Source of the DNA: Auanema rhodensis | Lineage: Eukaryota > Animalia > Nematoda | NCBI GenBank assembly: GCA_964057225.1 | Contig: OZ059896.1 | Coordinates: forward strand, 10,974,001-11,038,000 | Reading direction: 5' to 3' | Length of the DNA stretch: 64,000 nt | In this document: positions 53,526 to 64,000 of the stretch, in pieces | Layout of the letters: each line of letters begins with the position of its first letter | Position numbering within the stretch: position 1 is the stretch's first letter | The notes under the pieces: generated by a model | Seen by the model: the letters and a program-made list of their open reading frames with translations, nothing else | Databases searched by the model: none | What the model was told of the DNA's origin: nothing | Position numbers and translations under genes: made by a program

Positions 53526-55805
53526 TTATAAGAACATAAAGAATAAAGCTAAAAAGAGAATAATGATTGCTGTAACATATAATCCAGTTCTATCAGGTTG
53601 GTACATTCCAGAATTGGTAGCCTTTAATATATTTTTTTATTTAAATTAATATTATATGAGTATAAACTGACCTTAAAAACTCTTTCATCAACTGTCTCAA
53701 TTGCTTTCTTAGCTCCATTCCAGACATGAGGTCCAGTCAAACGATAAATATATGGAACTGTTGGTCCAAAATAGACTTTATAAGCCAAAAGTGGATCATT
53801 CTTCAGTAGATCAGTTAAACTTGGATTACATCCAATAATGGTTGCAAGTTCATCCATATATGGAACGTAATCAACTTGAATAGTATGACGACGACTTTTA
53901 ACATAACGATTAGCCATATCATCACGTTTCATTATAATATCTTCTTTCATCTAAAAAAATAAAATAATTTTAAAAGAATAATATTATAATTTATAATTTA
54001 TAATATTTAATAATTGATATGTATCTTACCTTATCTTTAGAAGGTACAATATTCTTTTTTCCATAAAGATTTTCAAGGAATAACCTTGCTTGCATTTCAG
54101 ATATAGGCATAATTGATCCAAATGGCTATAAAGGCTCTTTGATAAAAATATATTTTAATTCTAATTTACCTGTACAAGTCCAATAACTGCTAAAGTATTA
54201 TGATCAGATGTTTCTAAAGGAAACATGTTCTGATATAACTCCACTTGATTTTCCGTAACAGGAATTAATTTTCCATTTTCAGCCATAGGAAATTCGAATG
54301 AAAATCCTGTAGCATATATAACCTATATACATATATTTAAATTATTTTAAATATAATTAATATAATAATTACAGTATCAACATCATTAACTACGCTTCCA
54401 TCCATAAATTCAATTGATTTTTCTTTGAAACTTCTGATATTTGGCTTAATACGAACAGTACCACTAGCAATTCTATTAGGTAATTCATCATTAACAGTAG
54501 GATGAGCTCTTAAATATAAGAAAATTAATTATATTTTCTATATATCTATGTATATACCCAAAGAAACGATGTTGAGGTTTTAATCCATATGATTGATGAT
54601 CAAATCTTTTGTTCAGCTTGCATTCAACATATTTCGAAGCTAAAACACTTGGAACCAATCGTGTGAGTTCAGCATTAAATTTTCTGAAAAAAATATTTTT
54701 GTAGAGCTTTCGTTTTGATTTTTCAAAATTTACGTGCTCAAAGCCAAATCGAAAGGCTTTCCATATTCATAAATTCGATTAAGAATCCATGCACCACGAC
54801 GTGTAACAAGATAAACCTTTAAAACATGGATTTAGAATTAAATTATTTTGAAGAAAAAATTAAAATACCTGTTTAGCAATTCGACTGAGCTCAACAGCAA
54901 TATCTCCACCAGAATTTCCAACACCAACAACAACAACTGTTTTATCTTCGAATCCTATCCAAGTAAAAATATATAATTTGAAAAATAATATTTAAAAAAA
55001 ACCTCTGTGATCTTTATAATCATGTGAATGAATAATTTTTCCTGTGAATATACTTTGACCTGGGAATGGCTGAGGCAAATGAGGAATAGTGTGATGTCCA
55101 GAAGATAGTATAACGGAATCAAATTGTTCTTTTTTCTCATTTCCTTCACTTAAATATATTATAAATTATAATTTATTTAATTATATTTTAATCTTACGGA
55201 TCAAGATATATAACATTCCAAGTTCCATCCTTCTTGTAAGATGAGGTTCGTTCCACATTTATAACTTTATGATGAAATTTAATATATTTTTGTAACTTGT
55301 AATGATTTGCATATTCTTTCAAATATCTAAAAATCAAAATAAAAATATATTCTTTATATATTTTTTGAATAACATACTTATACATTTCTGTATTGTGCAT
55401 GAAGTTAGCAGTGTCTGGTGATGGTGGAAAATCAGAATAAGCTGTCATTTCTTTCGAAGTATTAATAACAGTCGTTTTCATTACAGATGATTCTTTAAAT
55501 ATTTCAATTTTATATTAAAATTAAATTTGTTTTCAGTTATAAAACCAACCATCAGTATCAGATGGTTTATATCTCCAAAGGCCACCAACTTCACCAGCTG
55601 ACTCAAAGCAGGTAGCATCCAATCCATATAATATGGCATGTCTTAATCATATAAAATAAACTTAATAATATATAATTTTTTAATAAAATGAAAAAAAAAT
55701 TAATTTTCTAGTAAAAGAAATAGAAATCGCTTACCTTAATGATGGAAGACCTGATGCTCCTGCTCCAATCACAGCAACACGTTTTCTATTATTATTCTCA
55801 CACAT
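53526..55805 (-). CDS. Flavin-containing monooxygenase, fmo-1/fmo-2-like (13 exons)
   Basis: FAD motif [50 protein letters not shown] motif [43 protein letters not shown] and a C-terminal membrane anchor. Confidence 0.97.
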
Positions 55806-55936
55806 CTTTAATAATTTAATTAATTAAAAAATAAAATCAAAAAGAGATATGAAGAGAAAATGATTATAAAAATAAAAATATAGTTAGATACATTGTAAAA
55901 GTTTATTATAACAAAATATTCTGGAGTATTTCAAAG

Positions 55937-56036
55937 CTTTTATATACTATCATGTTGACAAGAGTTTTTATTTTTATCTCTTATCTATACTGATGAGAGT
56001 ATAACAAGAGTTTATGATAAGACTAGAAAGTGATAA
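55937..56036 (-). promoter_or_regulatory. FMO promoter: TATA box plus GATA-site cluster
   Basis: GTATATAAAAG on the minus strand at 55937-55947. TTATCT near 55981 and TGATAA at 56015 and 56031 are consistent with ELT-type (intestinal/hypodermal) control. The AT-rich background lowers specificity. Confidence 0.45.
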
Positions 56037-56079
56037 TACAACAATAAAACATAGTTCACATTTAGTAAATATTATAATA

Positions 56080-56117
<38 letters not shown>

Positions 56118-57041
56118 ATATTATTATAAATATGATTTTTATTTTTTTATTAAAAATTATATATTTGTTGTATTTGATTGTTAAAGTAAGTTTTCATGCA
56201 TTTTATATAAATAATTTATAATAGTTGTGATATATGAATATATCTTAAATATAAATTAATATTATATAGAAAATACTTTTTTTTCTTATAAAATTTTGTT
56301 TTTATTTCTAAAATCATCTATCCGATTATAAATTTCATAATTTACATCATATGAATATGTTTAAGTGTTAATATCAATAGAATATGATTGATAAAAAAAA
56401 GGAAAAAGATTAAACTTAGATAAAGAACGTGATTTTCAATGGTTTATTATTTTTTCTTAAATTTTAATTACTATATTAATTTCAATGTAATGTTTAATTA
56501 TAATATTATAAAAATTATATGATTCATCTACTATAGTATAGTGTAATTTTCTTGAATATCAATGTTAAGTATGATCTAAACATCAATCTATCATTCTATA
56601 TAGAATAATAATAATAATAAATAATATAAGTTATAAGTTTTTATAAAGAAAAACCTGGATGAAAATGAAAAAAAATATATATAAAAGCAAGTATAATATA
56701 ATAAATTTTAAAAATACAACTTGATGATTCGAATAGTTATTCAAAAAAAAAGAAGAAAAAGAAATGACAATGTTATCTTCCTCATATTTGAGGAAAAAAA
56801 AATAAAGTGCACAAAAGCAAACACCAGTGATTAATTTTCAAAATAAAAATCAATATGATAATGTTATCATATAATTATTATTTTAATTTAAACATTGAAA
56901 GTATATGATCAATTTAAAACAAGCAGGCAAAGAAGTAAGACAAAAAAAACATTAAACCTTAGTAATACAACCCGTAACAATAATAATAATAATAATAAAA
57001 TAATAGTTTTACTTAAATCTATATATAATAATAGTTTAATT

Positions 57042-59050
57042 TTAAATTATATAATATAAGAGAAATAGATAAACTGCATAATAATACAAGTTTGTTGATA
57101 ATTTAACTAATTTTTTGGCTTCATCTATACCACCACACCATTCTTTTCCTTTAAATGTTTCACTAGTCTGATTGAGTATTGACACTCTGAGAAATGGAAA
57201 AACACAAATTCTTGAACAATTCTTGTTTGAATCTCCCAATAAAGTTAAATCAAAATGAAAAGAAGCATGATGTATAACCTGAAAACATAATTTATTTTTA
57301 TTGAAAATCATTTGAAGGAAAAACTAACCTGTTGAGCGAGTGGTTTTATAACTCCTTTTGAGCAACGTAGTTCTGGTACTATGACTGTTATAACCTAAAA
57401 ACAAATAACTTTTTCAATTTTATTTATAATTTTTATTTTATTTATTAAATAATAATAAATATATATATATACATACATGTATACATAGTATATTCATGAA
57501 TCTATGTGTTTAATTCATCTTTGATGGGATGAGATGATTATGAAGGAATTTCGATCTCTTCTCATTTTCACTCATATCTTCAATTTCTTTCCAATATCTA
57601 CTCAAAAATTCTAGAGAAAAGCTTCAGAATCTTGTCATCATCATTGAAAAATTCCAGTAGAATTGTCTTTAATTCCCTGGAGTATTTGTATGAATATGCA
57701 ACATATGGATGAAGATTCAAAACGTAGTATATCTATGTATATCTATTATGTATAATGAAACATAAAATAATAATAAATATAATGAAAATTATACTACTAC
57801 AGATGTACATACATCCATATATACATATATGTATATAGTGTATATGTACATAAAGTTTTCAATTTCATAGATTATTAGATATTTTAATGAAAATACTATA
57901 ATATAATAATAATGATTATATTATATATTATAATATTTTATTTATATGATAAAACAATCCAATAAATTTATATTATTACCTTTCGAGTATCTTTGAATAC
58001 TGATGCTACTCCTATGTAAATATTATCTTTTGTAATGAATAAATCGTCAATATATGCTATTGTATCATTGATTATAGCCGGATCTTCAGATTGTGAATGT
58101 TTTGTTCGTATAATTATTTCCTATAAACATAAATAAATAAAAAAATTGTTGTTTTTTTCTTTGTGAGCAAACTCTTGAGGAAACTGACTTGTTTTCGTCC
58201 CCTTTCTTGAACAGATGGATGATCAGGATAAAGTCGATAATGAATACGAAATGCAAACCAAGTTTTTGGCGTTAAACCATCAAATGAGAATAGCTGAAAT
58301 ATATAAAAATTATATAAATTATAGATAAATATATTGTATAAACAGATGTATACAAGTAAATCTCCCTTTAATTTTTCACTCAAAACGGATGCATGTAGTA
58401 TATATAGTCAGTTGGTCAATCATATTTTGTAGATGACATGACGTCAATCACCATAATTATGTTATTAAGTTGAAGCTTGTTTTAATCAATACCAATAGAC
58501 TATATATGTAACTCAATATGACAATTTATTTTCAACTAATATGTAGTCATTTACCTTATTAATTTACTTTAATTTCATTTTAATTTTGTCATCAAAGGGA
58601 TAGAAGCTTAACCAAATATGGAACATGCAAATGTCAAATCAAACAATACATACAACATCCGTTCATGATTGTAATTAACTATTCGTTTTAATCAAAATTT
58701 CTATTCTTTTACTTTCTTATTCTTTTTTTAAATATTTTAAAAAATTTATAAAAAAATAAATGACCTGATCACGATGTGAATCTTTCAATTCAGTTTTACG
58801 ATATTCAATAAGCCTGTCTAGATCAAATATCTGAAATATAATAATAAATGAAAATGAGAACTTACATGAAATATATAAAGAAACAAACCTGTACTGTCAT
58901 ATCAAAACTAGAAACATTATTTCCATTTGTCATTCGTATAACTAGTGATGTTGCAGTAACCTGCTGAGCTTCAAATGATGCAACAGATTCTGCATGTTTT
59001 GATAAAAAAACAATGAAAACTATATATTGTAGATAAGACATATAATTCAT
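57042..59050 (-). CDS. Uncharacterised cell-surface protein: signal peptide, FN3-like domain, Cys-containing second domain, hydrophobic C-terminal tail (6 exons)
   Basis: MNYMSYLQYIVFIVFLSKHAES / FEAQQVTATSLVI / LFSFDGLTPKTWFAFRIHY...KQEIIIRT (FN3-like) / VITVIVPELRC / CSRICVFP...WCG...LYYYAVYLFLLYYII*. All junctions are phase 0 GT-AG. The start could be 59050 or 59041. Confidence 0.75.
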
Positions 59051-62000
59051 AATGTTTTCTTTTTCATCAATAGTTTCTGAAAGTAATGAAATAACAAGAC
59101 ATGTCAAATAAAATGTCATATTCATATAAAACGTTGTTGAATTATAGAAAAAAGTTTGTGTGCCTGAGAAATTTGATAATTTCATCAGATTCGCAGAAAT
59201 GAAGGAATGAACAAGATGGATTGTAGCAAGAATAAGGTTCATGCAGAGGTGGATAGAAAACTAAAAAGAATAAACAAGCTTATATCTTTGATTAAAATTA
59301 TAAAATATAATTATATTTCAATGTTTTATATAATTTTGCGATTTTTGTCGTTTTGGTATACATTAAGTTGAAGACAAAAATTATGTTCTTCAGACGTATT
59401 TGATGAAAGCTTCAATGTAAATTGAATGAAAAGAACATTTTTTTGAAAAAGTTAATGAAAAAAAGAAAATTATCAAATATTCAATGAGAAGAAAATTAAA
59501 TGGAAAAAAAGTGTTCCAATTGATGAAAAGGGCAAATTTTGAAGGAAAAAATATTAATTTGTAAATTTCTTGAGAAAGTGATAGTATAGCAAGTTCATAT
59601 TGTTGATATTCATACATGTAGATGTATATATGTTTAATAGAAAATATGAAGTTATCTATTCATATATGTGTGAAAAAGAATAAAAGTTTCAATTTTTAAA
59701 TATAAATCTATGTTATACATAGTATATAATATATAAAAATTATTAAGATAAATATACTTATATCTATACAAAATATTTATGTTAATTTTATTCTTTTTCG
59801 TGATGTTTTTAAAAAATTCTTTAAAAAATTAAAAGACAAACGAAGATTTTAACCCAAATTGACAAATTACTTAGATTTATAATCAATTTTCATATGCATA
59901 ATGAATTTGCTGACAGAGTAATATAGAAAGTACGAAAAGCGGAGAAAAGATTGAACTTGCAATAGGTCAGAAGAGGAAAATGATCCGAAGAAGAGGTTGT
60001 GATTTTGCAAAAAGAATTACAAACTAAACTATGTAAGTTGGTGAAAAAACAAGAAAATATAAAAGTAAAAAGATAAAAAATAAATGAACAGAGAAAAGAA
60101 AAGAAGAAAAGGAAAGATAAATAAAGTTGGATGGAATGAAGAAAATTAGAAAATAAGTTAAATTGAACGATAACTATAGAAAAATCTAATCTCAACTAAT
60201 TGGACTAATGAGACAGATGATGTTGGTGTGCTCTCTAGGAACGTCTTCCAGATGCCTCGACTAATAGGCCGACAACGATGAACATAAGCTTTGCTGAGCA
60301 TTGTTTTTCCTCTATTTTTGCGCACAATGCCTCAGCATATAGACTATGAACAGTGAGGGTAAAAAAAGGAAGAAAGAAGGTTTTGAGGGAAACAGAAGAG
60401 GAGAGTAGTAGAGGACAAAATAGTATGAAAAGAAAGAAAAAATAACTTTTGAAGCAAACAATTATACGAAATGATGATGCAATAGATATGATATTTAACT
60501 ATTATTTCATATAAATATGAACGTTATCGTCAAAATATAAGAAGAACAATCAGTTGGTTAGTTTTCTTATTTATGGTAAGGAAGCATATCTAATCTGTAA
60601 AATCAACTTGAGCAAATATCGTTCAACTTTAACTATGCAAAAGTCTTGAGCTTTTCAAAACAAAACGAAACGAAAAGGATGAAACATATGAAAATGTGAA
60701 GAAAATGAAAGGACTAAAACAGAATAAGAATGATAAATGATTCTAAAGTGCTTTTTTTCTTAAATTTGGCTAAGAATACTGATCATGAATGAAGATGGAC
60801 AACATACATTCTTATAGATACATGTGGTTGCTTAAGAGATATGACAGACAGACGCAAAACTTTTTTTTTCTTTGTTTCATTTTTTATTTTTCTTTTAACA
60901 AATATATAAACTTTTATCATATTATTAGAATAAATTGTCTTTATGACGGAAGCTTTAAAACAATTTTTCTTTCAAAAATTCAATAAACAATCATATATTT
61001 GAAAAGAAGTATAAAAAAGTTAAAAATTAGAACAAAAAAGGAATAGTTTTTCTTTTTCTTTTCATCACTTTCATCGTCTTCGCTTATTTTTTTCTCTCTA
61101 TCCATATCTCTATCTATCTATCTCTCTCTTTCTCATATTAAAGCTTCATCTATCATCTTTCTTGGGCTTTTTTTGAATTTCTCCTGTGCTGTCGCTTTAT
61201 TCTTCTTTCTTTTCGTCTTTATCTATCTATACAATTCCCGTGAAAACCAAGTTGGGTTTTGAAAATATAAAAAACTTTTGAAAAAACTTTTCAATTCATT
61301 CCCACTGATTCAAATTTTTTTGGTAGATAATTTAGTGCTCCAGAAAACAAGAAGTAGCAAGCCTCATAAATATCTGTGGACATGTTGGTTGACTTGAAAA
61401 AAATTTTTTTTATTCTTAGAACAAAGTATTCACAACTTATATATACATGTATACTATACATAATATAATAATAGATATACATATAGTATGTATGTATGTA
61501 TGTAGATGTTGAGAATAAACATTTAAAATTATAAATTCTCTATATAGTTAATGATATATTAACTTCAAAACTTATTTAATATAATTCTATAGTAAATTAA
61601 AAAGAATATCATAATTATGTATCAAAAAGAAGAAAAAAACATTACAATTACAAAGAATTCAAAGAAAAGATATGAAAGTAGAAATTCATAAAAGGAAATA
61701 AGATGAAATAACTTTTTGATATATGAATATCGGTAGAGAATAATAGGAATAGTTAAAATATTTAATAGAAAAACTATTTTTTATAGTTTATGAATTAGTT
61801 TTGTACATAGGAAACGGTTTTTTCTCTTTTCTTTCATGTTAACTACAATGTAAAAACAGTTTACATAACATACTTATTATACAAATATAAAGAATAAGAT
61901 CTAGAATAAGATTAGATATAGGTTGAATATCAAATGAAAAAAGTGAAGAAATCAATTTCATTTCTAACTAGTTAAGCATGGGTTACAACGAAATTACTGC

Positions 62001-63548
62001 TAAACTTAAAATATTTGGTGGATTTGACCAATTCTAGATGAGCTTGCTTTTCTAAAAACGAGTAGTTACATCTTTCTCGTTGTCTCTATTTTAACAAATG
62101 TATCATAGAAAAAGCCATTAAATAGAAACTTTACTATATATACATAGTATATATACAAAACGTTAAGTAAAAATGTTTAACGAATAAAACTATCTAGTAA
62201 TAGTTGAAGCGAAATTTTTTTAATAGTACTTTTAAAATATTCTCATGGGATTTCAATGACTTGTTTAAATCTTTGTTCTTTTATGTTCTTTTTTTTTAAC
62301 ATTTTCTTCATATTTATTTATTTTTTTAATAAGTTTATAATGCAAATACTTCCTGCTAGTTAATAGCCAGAAATAAAAATTTCTAAATTTCAATTTGACA
62401 TGAAACATACAAAAAGGATTGGCTTTGTCTATGCATTCTAACAAAGACAAAATGATCGAAAGAAATAGAATGAAAGAATTGTTGTCTTAGGATAATCTGT
62501 AAATACTTGATGTGAATTTCACATTTATATCGAATATTTGAAACATTTTAAATAAAAAAATAAATAAATTAAATTGAAAGAAATATTTAAAAAAATTAAA
62601 AAGAAAGTTAGTACATACATGGACAAACATGGACAAACATGGATATGCATATGTGGACATGTCAATGAAACATAGTAACAAGAGACTGATTCAGGTAGTT
62701 AACCTAATACGAAATGGCAGATGGTCAATTCTCATAAAGACTTAGATTTATAAAATATTTTTTTTATTAAACTATTCATATTATACATTTAGATACATGT
62801 ACATGTTGTACATTACATACATATATCTGTGAAAACATACAAATGGTTGCAAGCACGTAGGCCGGAAACTTTTTTTTGTACTTTAAGCTATAAAAGGAAA
62901 TGAAAAAGATTTCTGATGAAAAGATGTTGTTTAGTGAATGGATAACGATTATAATATGAAACAATAATTTGATGTTTTAAGAAAACTAAAATTGAAAGAA
63001 TTTTTACTTTTTTTTTTCAAATATAGAAGATAATTTAAATAAATATAAATAGTTACTTTATATAATTAAGCAAATGATAAAATCTAAAAAAATCAAAAGC
63101 TTAAGATTTTGAGAAAATTGAGAAAATAATCTAGATGAGAATCCAAAATTAAGCGTGAACAAGGAAGGAAGAGCACATTTCAATGAGAAGGGTTACTGAA
63201 ATAGAAAGTTGCCTCGCTATGCTGTAAATTGGTCTAATAAATCATAAGATATATGTTAATATAGTAACACTGAAGAAGCAAGGGTATAAAATACTAATAG
63301 AAGAGTGAGTACGGGTAAGAATGAAGATTCCAATTGATGAGAGAGTACTAAAACGGATACATAATATAGAGAGAAGTGAGAGAAAAAAGAACGAAGAGAG
63401 TGAGTGAGCTGCCATACTTCTCTCTTAAGGGTAGAAGAGAAGACGAAGATTTCATGACGACTGATGGAATAGGAGCCTTGGGACAGATCGAGACAGAGAG
63501 AGACCAGATAGAAGGGAACGAGCCACTCTTCGTTGATCTGAACTTGAT

Positions 63549-63581
63549 GGGCGTGGCTAAGCACAAGGAAAATAAGGGCGG
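63549..63581. promoter_or_regulatory. Sp/KLF-type GC boxes in a GC-richer promoter-like island
   Basis: GGGCGTGGC at 63549-63557 and GGGCGGC about 25 nt downstream, within a GA-rich island (63370-63600). Confidence 0.35.
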
Positions 63582-64000
63582 CTTGACAGACTGACAAGAT
63601 TGTTCTCTATCAGAAAAAAAAACTAATAGATATATAAAATATAAACAAAAATATTTCGAAGAAAAAAAATTTTTGAAAGAAGTCAAGTTTTCTATTTTAC
63701 TTATATTTCCTTTCTTTTGAGTTTTAAGATACATATCTGTTGAAATGTATTGACATTCTGATGAATATACATCTATCTATATGAATGTATGAAATGTTAT
63801 TTTCTCTCTGTTTTCATTCTCAAACAAAGTAGTTATGTAGAAAATATTTTAAAAAGTTAGTTTGAAAGAAAATGTTTAAAAACTGAAATTTCAAGATGAT
63901 ATGAGAATATATGAAGATTATATTACTTATATGTACTATATAAAATTGAATAAGTTATCAAGATTCAAATTATTAAACACAAAAGTTATTTGAAATTTAA

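Noticed and set aside
670-61987. GGGTTACA recurring five times on the plus strand in non-coding DNA (670, 40413, 41571, 44056, 61980)
   Set aside because: Noticed post hoc, flanks are not shared, and the enrichment is unconvincing after multiple testing.
1-64000. CRISPR arrays, rRNA, tRNA genes, programmed DNA elimination or telomere-addition motifs
   Set aside because: None is recognisable by eye. A tRNAscan/Infernal run would be needed to exclude small RNAs formally.

Overview
Very AT-rich eukaryotic DNA with many short (~45-50 nt) spliceosomal introns, a cuticle collagen and a Tc3-like transposon. It is almost certainly from a rhabditid nematode; the species cannot be determined. Hand splicing supports 11 host genes: a 27-exon class C GPCR with two tandem Venus-flytrap domains (7840-13265 +), ric-8 (-), an NDUFV3-like complex I subunit (-, probably in an operon with ric-8), an RNase PH exosome subunit (+), a GPAT3/4-type acyltransferase (+, with a GC-AG intron), an AEX-2-like rhodopsin GPCR (-), a cuticle collagen (+), a FAM110-like protein (-), a secreted SXP/RAL-2-like protein (-), a flavin monooxygenase (-) and an FN3-like, possibly GPI-anchored protein (-). 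There is also an apparently intact 1550-bp Tc3-like DNA transposon with 29-bp TIRs and a TA target duplication. The most notable unexplained signals are a GC-rich 73-nt pri-miRNA-like hairpin in the FMO 3' UTR (predicted arm shares nt 1-7 with miR-76/miR-981), two further miRNA-like hairpins, unusually frequent AAG (and one GAG) splice acceptors, an E-box/HRE cluster upstream of the FAM110-like gene, and a possible readthrough extension of the class C GPCR. All gene models are manual, no database searches were run, and family names come from recalled motifs.
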